From Myxococcota bacterium (lineage in GTDB: Bacteria; Myxococcota_A; Polyangia; Polyangiales; Houyiibacteriaceae): a stretch of DNA of 64,000 nucleotides. Below are positions 20,768 through 30,539 of this stretch, in pieces. A program made the position numbers and the translations under genes. The notes under the pieces are model-generated. The model ran no database searches and was not told the origin of the DNA. It was given only the letters and a program-made list of their open reading frames with translations. Every line of letters starts with the position of its first letter. Position 1 is the first letter of the stretch. The stretch is from NCBI GenBank assembly GCA_039030515.1, contig JBCCEA010000009.1:68534-132533 (forward strand). Reading direction: 5' to 3'.

Positions 20768-21049
20768 ATGCTCGCAAAGTTAAGTGAAGATCGCACTTAC
20801 ATCGTCGGAGAAAACGACACAACGCACCAGCATCTTGAAAGCGAACTTTTCGGACATCTTCGAGGTGCATTCACCGGCGCGAGTCTAAACAAATCTGGTC
20901 TATTCGAGGTTGCGGATAAACGACTGAGAACGAACGGAGACAAGACAAGAGCAGCCGGATTACTGAGCATCAGTCGGCGGAACCTTATCCGTAAAGTCAA
21001 AGCCTACAATCTAGTCGAATCAAGCGGTTCAATAGAGTCCACTTCATGA
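20768..21049 (+). pseudogene. Internally deleted sigma54 activator (GAFTGA loop fused to Fis HTH); remnant or mini-regulator
   Basis: LESELFGHLRGAFTGA...GLFEVAD joined directly to TNGDKTRAAGLLSISRRNLIRKV; no Walker A or B. Confidence 0.75.
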
Positions 21050-21918
21050 CAACAACCGTACTCATCGCTGATCGCGACCCGTTTAATTTGCGCACGCTGG
21101 AGGAGCTTCTCGAGGGAGCGGGCTATCAGGTAGTCACAGCACCCGATGGCGGATCCGTATTGGATAGCGTGGCTCGGCAGCGCCCTACGTTGGCGATCTT
21201 AGACATCGACCTTCCAGTTCGAAACGGCACCGAGGTCATGCAAATCTTGAAGTCGGAGCAAGCTTTGGCGGACATCGCAGTCCTCATTGTCACCGACGAG
21301 GAGGACGAGTCCTCAAGGAGCAGAGCCATTGAAGGCGGGGCAGCGGACTGCATCACGAGACCGTATCGAATGGTGGACGTGCAGCAACGCGTTGCTGCGG
21401 CCTTGCGCATACGAGCCACCGAAACAGAACTTGCGCAAGTAAAGAAAAATTCTCAGGTCGACACGCTAACCCACGCCGGCAACTCGCATCAGTTCGCAGT
21501 CAGCCTCGATTACGAAATGACCCGCTCTGTTCGATTTAATCATCCACTGACTTGCGGTTTGGTGGAGGTGGTCAATTTAGAAGCGCTACGCAATCTCGGC
21601 GGAATCCATATCGAAGAACGTGCTCTCGTACAGCTTGGCACCGGGCTACGTTCATGCATTCGATCTATCGACCTCTTCTTTCGCGCCGGCCAGTCCAAAT
21701 TTGGGATTATTTTGCCCGAGACCCGAAATGAGGGTGCAAAGATCGTGATGGACAGAGTGCACGAGTTTGTCGCTGGCGGCAGAGCTGAAACCGTCGGCTC
21801 CGACCTCCGTCCGCGAATTCGAATGGCGTGCGCGAGCTATCCGGAAGATTCAATAGATACTGCCGTCGCACTCAGGAAACTTACCGAAGACAGACTGCAG
21901 GGAGCATCGACCGTGTGA
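21046..21918 (+). CDS. Receiver + degenerate GGDEF-domain protein
   Basis: Receiver ILDIDLP; DTLT..GN; RSID I-site; GQSKF at the GGDEF position. Confidence 0.85.
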   Translation: MTTTVLIADRDPFNLRTLEELLEGAGYQVVTAPDGGSVLDSVARQRPTLAILDIDLPVRNGTEVMQILKSEQALADIAVLIVTDEEDESSRSRAIEGGAADCITRPYRMVDVQQRVAAALRIRATETELAQVKKNSQVDTLTHAGNSHQFAVSLDYEMTRSVRFNHPLTCGLVEVVNLEALRNLGGIHIEERALVQLGTGLRSCIRSIDLFFRAGQSKFGIILPETRNEGAKIVMDRVHEFVAGGRAETVGSDLRPRIRMACASYPEDSIDTAVALRKLTEDRLQGASTV

Positions 21919-21927
21919 AGCGCAGTC

Positions 21928-22404
21928 TCATCGGGAGGAAAGCACCAGAGCTAGAACTCTTGAACCCCAAACGGCTAGCGACGAAAAAACCAACATGAAG
22001 GCGATGCGATCGAATCTCAGGCGGTCCAGAGTTTCAATGACGGAGGACCTTCGAACTAGAGCAAGAACAGAGACGCCCATGCCTGCAATCATCGTCAGAA
22101 AGAGCATCAAGCCGAAAGGATTGGCGCGAACAGCTCCGAGGAGTTGGCCTCGAACCATATGAGCAAAACTGGTCGTCAGTCCGCAGCCGGGACACGGAAT
22201 ACCGGTGACTACGAGAACTCCGCAAGGTGGAAGGCCCAGCTGGGTGTGCGTTCCGTGTCCGGAAGAGCTGGGCTTGAGTGCGTAGGCGAGCGCAAGCACC
22301 ACTAAACTCGCAATAAGATAGCCGGACCAGGCGATACTGGAGTGCGGAACAGCCCGCCTCGGGGCTGGATCGGGAAGCGTCACCTGGCGCAGGTTGAGCG
22401 GCAA
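21928..22404 (-). CDS. DUF2752 membrane protein
   Basis: GTHTQLGLPPC...TGIPCPGCGLTTSF...ANPFG. Confidence 0.85.
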   Translation of the reverse strand: MPLNLRQVTLPDPAPRRAVPHSSIAWSGYLIASLVVLALAYALKPSSSGHGTHTQLGLPPCGVLVVTGIPCPGCGLTTSFAHMVRGQLLGAVRANPFGLMLFLTMIAGMGVSVLALVRRSSVIETLDRLRFDRIAFMLVFSSLAVWGSRVLALVLSSR

Positions 22405-22416
22405 AGGCCCAAAACG

Positions 22417-22998
22417 TCAAACGCCCTCATGGGCACCTCCAGCCGACCAGTCAGGATTTCGCATCGCCCCTTGATCTGACTGGATCACGCAAGGCCGGTC
22501 GCAAGATAGCGGCGCGACCCGATCCAGAACGGACTGACCGATAGGGTTTTCATTTCCGGACAGGGCATCTGCACTGTGGGCATGGAGACATTTCACTCCA
22601 CCTCGCGATCCTCCAACCCCACCGGTTGGGCGCGGCCCGTCATCTACTGCTCCTGAACCGACCAAAACCTCGAGACGTCGCCTTCTTTGCTGTGCATATC
22701 GCTCGTGAACCTCTGCCATCCGATCGGCTAGCTCTGGGTTGCGGTCGAGCTGCTCGGTATACGATCGCACCCCGCCCTTTGCCTCAAGAGTAGACACCCG
22801 ATGGACTCCCAGCGGACAGCTCAGCCAGTACAGCGTTGGAAAAGGCACTCCGCCCCGCAGCAAAGGCGGAACCTCGGTAACCATGGGCAAACCGAGAGAG
22901 CATCGGGCTTGCACGTTCACCTCCGCCCGGGGGGGACGACCGATCTGGGCGGCAACGGCTGCTGTATCGGATACGTTTTTGAGAACGCAATATGACAA
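22417..22998 (-). CDS. DUF501 protein
   Basis: QIGRPPR, PFPTLYWLSCP, GVGG..VKCLHAH. Confidence 0.88.
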   Translation of the reverse strand: MSYCVLKNVSDTAAVAAQIGRPPRAEVNVQARCSLGLPMVTEVPPLLRGGVPFPTLYWLSCPLGVHRVSTLEAKGGVRSYTEQLDRNPELADRMAEVHERYAQQRRRRLEVLVGSGAVDDGPRPTGGVGGSRGGVKCLHAHSADALSGNENPIGQSVLDRVAPLSCDRPCVIQSDQGAMRNPDWSAGGAHEGV

Positions 22999-23061
22999 CT
23001 ATCGCACTCCTAGGAATAGTACTGCTGGGCGCGCGACCGAGTTTGGTCTACCATCGACCCA

Positions 23062-24021
23062 ATGGGACGCGGCCCGTCGCCTCTGCTCGGGTATAACACC
23101 AACATTCGGCATAAAGGCAAGATCTACCATCTTCAAACAGAAGACTCTGGAGTAGGTCATCCTCATATTATCACCCACCTTTTTGCCGACGGCGGGCGGG
23201 TCGTTGCGTCAAAGAAGACGAACTACTCGGAGTACGTGGGCACCGAGAACTATCAAAGCGTCGTCAAGCGTCTCATGCAAGACCAGCATAAGGCGATGTT
23301 CATCGCGTTGCGCGATGGGGTTTACGATGAGGAAGACGCGAGTGCTTCCGTCAGTCGCAGGTACGGGGTAAGTGACACCGAGAAATCTTCTGCATCGAGT
23401 CAGAGGCCCGAGGCTACTGCAGCTCGGCCACCTGGAACACATGCAAGAGGAAGCAAGGCTCCGCCGGAGACTCTTGAAGCGCATTCCGGCAGGCCGTCGG
23501 TCGATAAACCCAGTCGCCGTGACGTGAGCCAGCGTCCGCAACCGACCAGAGGACGAGATTCCTCTACTGCACCGTCCTCACATCGGACCCATGAGCTCAG
23601 CCCGCCCTCAAAATCGTCTGAATCTCAAAGTTTTGAAACGGCCAAAACCCCAATACCTAAGAGGCCTCCCAAGCGTGCGTCGGAGGAAGTAAAGGGACGC
23701 AACCAATCTACACGTGTGTTTTCGGCCCCAAGTGCATGTTCGGGACTGGATCAACCTCCAGCGCTACGTCGAACCTCGGCGTCGGGTGAGGCGGCGACAA
23801 GGACGATCGAAGATTCGCGGGGGGCAGGGGTAAACCCCCCTGCCGCTCAAGGAAATGTTGCCGGTCGGAGCGCTGCTGCAAGAGGCAACTCCGGGGTAGA
23901 GAACCCAACGAATCCGCATGATCCCAGCTCGATATTCGGTAGCCGGCTACGTGACGAGAAGAGCCTAGACGAGGTGATCTTGAGCTATCTCGCAGACGAT
24001 CTTGGGGAACCTGAAGCCTAA
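23062..24021 (+). CDS. Hypothetical protein: globular N-domain, disordered linker, SLDEVILSYL C-terminal motif
   Basis: GYNTNIRHKGKIYHLQTEDSG N-domain; Ser/Pro-rich middle; EKSLDEVILSYL end. Confidence 0.7.
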   Translation: MGRGPSPLLGYNTNIRHKGKIYHLQTEDSGVGHPHIITHLFADGGRVVASKKTNYSEYVGTENYQSVVKRLMQDQHKAMFIALRDGVYDEEDASASVSRRYGVSDTEKSSASSQRPEATAARPPGTHARGSKAPPETLEAHSGRPSVDKPSRRDVSQRPQPTRGRDSSTAPSSHRTHELSPPSKSSESQSFETAKTPIPKRPPKRASEEVKGRNQSTRVFSAPSACSGLDQPPALRRTSASGEAATRTIEDSRGAGVNPPAAQGNVAGRSAAARGNSGVENPTNPHDPSSIFGSRLRDEKSLDEVILSYLADDLGEPEA

Positions 24022-24198
24022 TCAGCTTTGAGCGCATCAACCCGCCTAGTGAAAACCGGGTACGTCCAGGATGAACGCCGAGCTGGGTCGATCTGTCGCA
24101 GAGATGGCTCCGGCGCGACCGCCTCGATGCAATTTGCGATTCGACTGGGCAATCTGCGTTTTGACGACGCAAAACGGGCTATGCGTGTTCTGATGCGC

Positions 24199-24528
24199 TC
24201 AGTCTGTCAGGATTTCCGTTAGTTTCGTCGCGAGCATCGCGTTACCTGAGACCTTGATTTTACCAGCGAAGTAGAGCTGCATCGCTGAGGAGGGGTTGTC
24301 GCTCATGCCCTTCCAGTCGTCCGAAGACATTTCAATGGTGCAGTTGGCGTCTTCACCTTCTCCTTCTGAAACGCCAACACTGCCTTCTTTGAGCGAGACG
24401 GTCCACGTACCGCCGTCGTTGCCGGAGATTTTGAACAGAAAAACCGCATCTAGGTTGGCCGCCTTCTGGGGATCCTTTGCAATGCGCTCCGGGATATCTT
24501 TCGTGAAGGATGTTTGTGCGTCGGGCAT
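24199..24528 (-). CDS. SCP2 sterol/lipid-binding domain protein
   Basis: GGTWTV, ANCTIEM, AMQLYFAGKIKVSGNAMLATKL. Confidence 0.9.
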   Translation of the reverse strand: MPDAQTSFTKDIPERIAKDPQKAANLDAVFLFKISGNDGGTWTVSLKEGSVGVSEGEGEDANCTIEMSSDDWKGMSDNPSSAMQLYFAGKIKVSGNAMLATKLTEILTD

Positions 24529-24815
24529 GTTTGGTACTCCTCGAGCTCTGTTCCGGCGGTCAGGATGTTCAGATCAAAGCGCCGCAAGAGGCCTTTCGCC
24601 TACCACCCATCTGCCTTCGGTGTCAAACGTCAACCCATTTTTCGGGCGAGGCGTTGCATCGCGCTTCAAACGACTTGAGCACTGCTGTCGCTTTGAACGC
24701 AGGATGCCGAGTCGTTCCTCATTGCAGGCTCCATCTAGGTACGATACCCAACGGAAAAGGCTCTCGACGCACCGCGGCGGTGGCGCGGGTGCCGATACGG
24801 TCAAGGAGGCACAGG

Positions 24816-25073
24816 GTGTCGGTAAAAAACTATCTAGCGGAGCAGAGCATGAAGATGATGAAAGACGATCGATTTGCAAGAGTAATGCAACATAAGCAGG
24901 TGGTGAGCATCGTCATGCGAGGAATCCAGCTGCAGGGGGAGGTGCGGCAAAAGATCGATACCCGACTGGACGGCGTCGCCAAAGCACTCAACTTCGCCAC
25001 CAAAAAGGAGATTCGGGAGCTAAAACGGTGCATTGAGAAACTTGAAAAGCAACTCGATCATGCATCCGAGTAA
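24816..25073 (+). CDS. Small coiled-coil, phasin-like protein
   Basis: AAGGAGG RBS 6 nt before a GTG start; LNFATKKEIRELKRCIEKLE motif. Confidence 0.6.
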   Translation: MSVKNYLAEQSMKMMKDDRFARVMQHKQVVSIVMRGIQLQGEVRQKIDTRLDGVAKALNFATKKEIRELKRCIEKLEKQLDHASE

Positions 25074-25112
25074 TCCTTTATCTCTTGCGGAGCGCTGATT
25101 GGGTCTCTGCAT

Positions 25113-25140
25113 GTTCAACCCGGGGTTGAACGCCATTTTT
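25113..25140 (+). terminator. Possible intrinsic terminator
   Basis: GTTCAAC-ccggg-GTTGAAC hairpin followed by gccaTTTTT, about 40 bp after the stop. Confidence 0.4.
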
Positions 25141-25250
25141 ACGCAGGGTCAAGGATTGCAGCAGAGATCTTGACGCGAAGGCTGACGCCAGTTCGGACGT
25201 TCGACGACAGCTTCCCTGACTCGGGAGGCGCGTGGTAGCGTAAGCTCAAA

Positions 25251-28200
25251 TTGACCAGCTCCCTCACGACATCCCACCTCTCAACAGTGCGCTTTGGTCT
25301 CTTTGCCACGCTGTGCGTCACCGCCTTCGGCTGCGCCGATGTCGACTTCGTTGAGCAAGACTTGACTGGAATCGAGCTCCGAGTTTTTTACAGCGTGGAG
25401 AAGGGAGCTCCGCCCCTAAATCAGCTCTCGGTACGAAGCCGAACTACGGAACTCACCGAAACTCCGCGTCAGTTTGAAGGTCGCCGGATCCCCGAGCAGC
25501 CGACACCATTACTGGGAGATAGCAACACCTTTGTCTATCTTTTGCCCGATGAGCTGTCCGGGATCCCCCTCACCGTGGTGGTCGACGGCATTCGAAGCGA
25601 CGTAGTGGTCTCTTCAGGCGTAGCCGTCATCACCCCGCAGGCACTTCGTCTTGTACCGGGGGAAGTCACGCTCGGGCCGCCGTCCATCTGTGGGGACGGT
25701 ACTCTTTCGGCCGGCATCGAAACATGTGACGACGGGAACACCTTTGCTGGTGATGGATGCTCTGACGTTTGCGTTCTCGAAGATGGCTATCTTTGCTCTG
25801 GGCAGCCCTCCACCTGCATCCGTCAGGTCGCTGCTTGCGTCAATGGACTGGACGACGACAACGACGGTCTCATCGATAGCGCCGATCCAGGCTGTGAACT
25901 GGGAAACGAGAAAAACGACGACTCCGAAAACGGCACCAACGAATGCGACAACGGAATCGACGACGACAACGATGGCCGCATCGATTTTCAGGTAGGCAGC
26001 TTTGGAGATACGGCGTGCAGTCGAATCAGCGACAACAGCGAGCGCTCAGGCGTTGAATGCAACGACGGCGTCGACAACGATGGCGACGGCTTCACCGATT
26101 TCCAGATCGGTTCAAACCAAATTGGAGGTGGACGTGATCCTGGGTGCACCAGCTTCGAGGACACTTCGGAACGAAGTGACCTCGAGTGTGACAACGGATT
26201 TGATGATGACGGTGACGGGCTTATCGATGGGGAAGACCCCGGATGCGAGGCCCCCACAGATTTGAGGGAATCCTCTCAGAAGCCCTGCGACAACTCTGCC
26301 GACGACGATGGCGACGGGCTTATCGATAGGGAAGACCCCGGATGTGCCGCGAGCGCTACCGAACACGATCCATCCTTGCCCTGTGACGACGGCATCGACA
26401 ACGACGGCGATGGTTTTGAGGACTTCCATCGAGACCCTGCGTTGTCTGACCCGGGATGCAGCTCGGCTTCGGACCCGAGCGAAATCAGTACGTTCCACTG
26501 CGACGATGGGATCGACAATGATGGCGACGGCCTCATCGACCTCGCCGATCCGGGCTGTGACTCGGCAAGCGATCGCTCCGAGCGGACGAGCGCTGCTGGG
26601 TGTGACGACGGCATCGACAACGACGGCGATGGCCGCGTCGATTTTCGTACAGATGGACTCGGAGACCCCGGCTGTGCGAGCGAACTCGATGAGGATGAGC
26701 GGTGCCTGGAGCCGGGATGCTCTTTATCCTGCGACAATGGACTGGACGACGACGGGGATGGTCTGTCGGACTTCAGTCTCTTTGGAGGCGACACGGCATG
26801 CGTCAGCCCCGAAGACGATAGCGAAGGCGGCATGCCCGGGTGCAGCGACGGCATCGACAACGATGGCGACGGACTTATCGACAGCGGGCAGGATCCAGGA
26901 TGCGTCTCGGGAACGGATCCGCTGGAAACCGGCACAAACGCCTGCGATGACGGGCTCGACAACGACGGCGACGGGCTCGTCGACGCCCGCACAGATGGAC
27001 TGGGGGATCCGGGGTGTGAGGACGCGACTGACACCTCTGAGCGAGGCAGTGCAGCCTGCGACGACGGTGTCGACAACGACGGCGATGGAACAGTCGATGT
27101 CCGCTGGAATGGACTCGGCGACCTCGGTTGTAGTGACACCACCGACACCTCGGAACTCGGCGATTCGGCTTGTGACGACGGCATCGACAACGATGGTGAC
27201 GGGCTCATCGACACCGGCCCCGACGGCGACCCTGGCTGTGGTTCGAGCGGAGACGACAGCGAGCGGTCTGGCGTAGAGTGCGACGACGGCATCGACAACG
27301 ATGGCGACGGCCTCATCGACGCCGGTCCTGAAGGAGACCCCGGCTGCGACAACGCGACGGATGCATCGGAGTGGGGAAACGTAGCTTGCGACGATGGCTA
27401 CGATAACGACCGAGATGGCTTTGCGGACTTCCGGGTAGGCCCTCGGTTCGAGGACGATCCAGATGCCCCCCCAAGACCCAACGAGCTGGTTGGAGATCCG
27501 GGCTGCACCTCTCCCCTCGACGACTCCGAAAACTGCACCCCGGGAGATCCAGGTTGCACCGACTGCGACGATGGTTTGCCCAACTCGGAATTCTGCCCCG
27601 TGCGCCAGTGCAACAGCCGCATCGACTTCAGGACCGACACTTTGAGTGACCCGGGTTGTTCCGGTCTCTTCGACGAAGATCCGTCTCCGGTGGGGAACGA
27701 TATCGCCTGCCGCGACGGCATCGACAACGACGGCGATGGCCTGATCGACGAGACCGACGATGGGTGTGTTGACGCCTTTGACCCAGCGGAGCGAGGCGAT
27801 CGGGAGTGCGACGACGGCATCGACAACGACGGTGATGGCGCCATCGACCACATTCAAGGTCCTGGTGGAGATCCAGGCTGCCGAGACACTCTCGATATCG
27901 TCGAGGAAGGCGGCGTTGAATGCGATGACGGCATCGACAACGACGGCGACGGCTTAACCGATTTCGGAACCGGACTCGATGCCGATTCAGGGTGTAGCTC
28001 TCGACTCGATCGACGGGAAACCTCGACCACCGCCTGTGACGATGGAATCGACAACGATGGTGATGGCTTCATCGACGCCGCTGAGGATCCAGGCTGCAAA
28101 AACAGTCTCGACAATTCGGAACTCGGCAACCGCTTCTGCGACGACGGCATCGACAACGACAACGACGGCACCGTCGACTTTCAAATCAACGGGGGCGACT

Positions 28201-29651
28201 TAGGGTGCCTGACAGCGCGGGGGATGTCCGAGCGAGAAGGCGGCCCCTGCGACGACGGCATCGACAACGACAACGACGGCTTCGTCGATTACGCACCGAT
28301 ACCCTGGTTGGGCGACCCTGGTTGCCAAAGTCCCGATGACGATTCGGAGCGGTGTTTGGAAGAGGGGTGCCCTGAATGTGATGATGGAGTCGACAACGAC
28401 GGCGACGGCAACCCAGACTTCGCCATCGGTGCTGCGTCTGACAGCCAGTGCACCGGACCCCATGACCCCTCGGAACTCGGATCCCGCGCCTGTGCAGACG
28501 GACTCGACAACGACGGCGATGGACAGGTAGACCTCGGCGACCCTGGCTGCAGTGGAACATCCGATACCAGCGAACGAGGAACCACCACCTGCGACGACGG
28601 CATCGACAATGACGGAGACGGTTTGCGGGACTACGCCGCAGGACAAGATCATGGTGACCCCGGATGCTCTTCGTCGACCGACAACTCTGAGCGATGTCAG
28701 GGCCCAAGCTGTCCCGCCTGTGACGATGGGTTAGACAACGATGGGGGGGGACGCTCTGATTTTTCGCAAGACGCTTCGAGCTCCGATGTCGGATGCACCA
28801 GTCCTTTCGATACCGACGAGCGGGGAACCTTCGAATGCGATGACAACTTGGACAACGACGGGGACGGCGATACCGATCAGTCAGATTTCAGCTGCGCCTC
28901 GTTTTCAGACGGGGCAACTCCCGATGCAAGAGAGTCTGACTTTTCCAGCACCTGCGACGACGGCTTGGACAACGATGGGGATGGCCTCGTGGATCACGAA
29001 GACCCGGGCTGCGACTCGGTCGGAGACGATTCCGAAAGAAATCCCACACTACCCTGTGACGATGAGATCGATGACGACGGGGATGGTAATGCCGCATACA
29101 GTCTGGATCCGCTCCGCGGAGACCCGGGATGTGCTGATCCTTTAGACGCTAGCGAACGTTGCGCAGGCGAGCAGTGTCCGCACTGTGACGACGGTTTGGA
29201 CAACGATATGGATGGGCTCATCGACTTCCGTATCGACGGACTGGGAGACATCGGGTGCATCTCTGCCGAGGATGCGGGCGAGCAAGAGACGCTCGAGGCA
29301 GATCGCAATCCATGCCAGGACGGGGCGGACAACGACGGGGATGGATTTACGGACTTCCGCATCGACGGCTTGGGAGATTCCGGCTGTGCATCTCCCTCAG
29401 ACCAGTCTGAACGCTGTAGCCACCCCCCCTGCAACGTCTGCGACGACGGACTGGACAACGACGGGGATGGATTTGTCGATTTTCTCGACCTCACCGTCGG
29501 AGGAGATCCGGGCTGCACCTCTGTGCAGGACCCGGACGAAACCGATGCCAGCCTGTCTTGCGACAATGGACTTGACGACAACGGAAACGGACTCATCGAC
29601 CTAGAGGACGACGCGTGTATGGGCGATCTCATCAACGGAGTCGAAAGCTAG
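25251..29651 (+). CDS. Giant Cys/Asp-rich repeat lipoprotein (about 33 CxDGxDNDGDG..D...DPGC units)
   Basis: AFGC lipobox; one CGDG..E.CDDGN..GDGCS..C myxococcal Cys repeat; then tandem acidic repeats counted by hand. Confidence 0.85.
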   Translation: MTSSLTTSHLSTVRFGLFATLCVTAFGCADVDFVEQDLTGIELRVFYSVEKGAPPLNQLSVRSRTTELTETPRQFEGRRIPEQPTPLLGDSNTFVYLLPDELSGIPLTVVVDGIRSDVVVSSGVAVITPQALRLVPGEVTLGPPSICGDGTLSAGIETCDDGNTFAGDGCSDVCVLEDGYLCSGQPSTCIRQVAACVNGLDDDNDGLIDSADPGCELGNEKNDDSENGTNECDNGIDDDNDGRIDFQVGSFGDTACSRISDNSERSGVECNDGVDNDGDGFTDFQIGSNQIGGGRDPGCTSFEDTSERSDLECDNGFDDDGDGLIDGEDPGCEAPTDLRESSQKPCDNSADDDGDGLIDREDPGCAASATEHDPSLPCDDGIDNDGDGFEDFHRDPALSDPGCSSASDPSEISTFHCDDGIDNDGDGLIDLADPGCDSASDRSERTSAAGCDDGIDNDGDGRVDFRTDGLGDPGCASELDEDERCLEPGCSLSCDNGLDDDGDGLSDFSLFGGDTACVSPEDDSEGGMPGCSDGIDNDGDGLIDSGQDPGCVSGTDPLETGTNACDDGLDNDGDGLVDARTDGLGDPGCEDATDTSERGSAACDDGVDNDGDGTVDVRWNGLGDLGCSDTTDTSELGDSACDDGIDNDGDGLIDTGPDGDPGCGSSGDDSERSGVECDDGIDNDGDGLIDAGPEGDPGCDNATDASEWGNVACDDGYDNDRDGFADFRVGPRFEDDPDAPPRPNELVGDPGCTSPLDDSENCTPGDPGCTDCDDGLPNSEFCPVRQCNSRIDFRTDTLSDPGCSGLFDEDPSPVGNDIACRDGIDNDGDGLIDETDDGCVDAFDPAERGDRECDDGIDNDGDGAIDHIQGPGGDPGCRDTLDIVEEGGVECDDGIDNDGDGLTDFGTGLDADSGCSSRLDRRETSTTACDDGIDNDGDGFIDAAEDPGCKNSLDNSELGNRFCDDGIDNDNDGTVDFQINGGDLGCLTARGMSEREGGPCDDGIDNDNDGFVDYAPIPWLGDPGCQSPDDDSERCLEEGCPECDDGVDNDGDGNPDFAIGAASDSQCTGPHDPSELGSRACADGLDNDGDGQVDLGDPGCSGTSDTSERGTTTCDDGIDNDGDGLRDYAAGQDHGDPGCSSSTDNSERCQGPSCPACDDGLDNDGGGRSDFSQDASSSDVGCTSPFDTDERGTFECDDNLDNDGDGDTDQSDFSCASFSDGATPDARESDFSSTCDDGLDNDGDGLVDHEDPGCDSVGDDSERNPTLPCDDEIDDDGDGNAAYSLDPLRGDPGCADPLDASERCAGEQCPHCDDGLDNDMDGLIDFRIDGLGDIGCISAEDAGEQETLEADRNPCQDGADNDGDGFTDFRIDGLGDSGCASPSDQSERCSHPPCNVCDDGLDNDGDGFVDFLDLTVGGDPGCTSVQDPDETDASLSCDNGLDDNGNGLIDLEDDACMGDLINGVES

Positions 29652-29696
29652 TTGTCTACTTTCATTTCGTGAAGATCACTGGATACACTGGGGAGC

Positions 29697-30428
29697 GTGA
29701 AGTCTTCCGACAGCTCTTCAGAACGACTTAGAGGCTTTGTGCAAACTGCTGCACTTGCAACCACAGCGTTGACTTGGATCTGTTTCACACCCTATGCGGT
29801 AGGTGCCCAGACTGAGGAGAGCGAAACGGCACTAGATGCTTGGGAAGACGATCTTCCGCTTTCTGACGAGGTCTCCCGGGAGAACGTACAGGACACTACC
29901 AGCTCGGAGAACCCGCGACTGGTAGAGGCGGATACCGCATACCGCGAGGGTCGCTATGAAGCAGCGCTTCGAGCATATCAGCAGCTTTATGACGAAAGCG
30001 GAAAGCCTTCACTGCTGAGAAGGGTGGGAGACTGTCATATACGACTGGATTACTTTGAAGACGGGATCAACGCGCTCGAGCACTATCTCCGCCTCAACCC
30101 AAACGCGAACGACCGTGCTCTCACGGAGGACTTGATTCAAGAGGCGGTTGAAGCACTCAATGAACAGGAACGGAGGGTACAAGAAGAGGCCGTGCTCGCA
30201 GCCCGCGAAGCGGAGCTTGAATTCGAGCAGGAACTCAACCGACGTCTTCAAGCGAAAGTAGCCCTTCAATCCGTTCAAGAGGACAAGACCGTCTTTGAAC
30301 ATTGGTGGTTTTGGACGATCGTCGGAAGCGTCGCGATATCGACGGGAATCACCGCACTTTTACTCACCTCTCGCGACACTCAAACTCGTCTTCCGAGCGG
30401 CGGTCTCGGCACAATCGATCGGCGCTAA
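29697..30428 (+). CDS. TPR protein with C-terminal TM
   Basis: YREGRYEAALRAYQ..LEHYLRLNPNA; HWWFWTIVG TM segment. Confidence 0.75.
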   Translation: MKSSDSSSERLRGFVQTAALATTALTWICFTPYAVGAQTEESETALDAWEDDLPLSDEVSRENVQDTTSSENPRLVEADTAYREGRYEAALRAYQQLYDESGKPSLLRRVGDCHIRLDYFEDGINALEHYLRLNPNANDRALTEDLIQEAVEALNEQERRVQEEAVLAAREAELEFEQELNRRLQAKVALQSVQEDKTVFEHWWFWTIVGSVAISTGITALLLTSRDTQTRLPSGGLGTIDRR

Positions 30429-30539
30429 ATTGCCCGTACGAAGCCACTGCACTGAACTGGATCCACATGCGAGGAGCCGGTGACAACGACCTGGGTCCGA
30501 GTGTATGCTGTACTCTCAGAGTAAAGTTATTCTGCTGCG

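Noticed and set aside
26276..29635. Long antisense and alternate-frame ORFs (PSPSLSMPSS repeats)
   Set aside because: Shadows of the repetitive DNDGDG coding strand.
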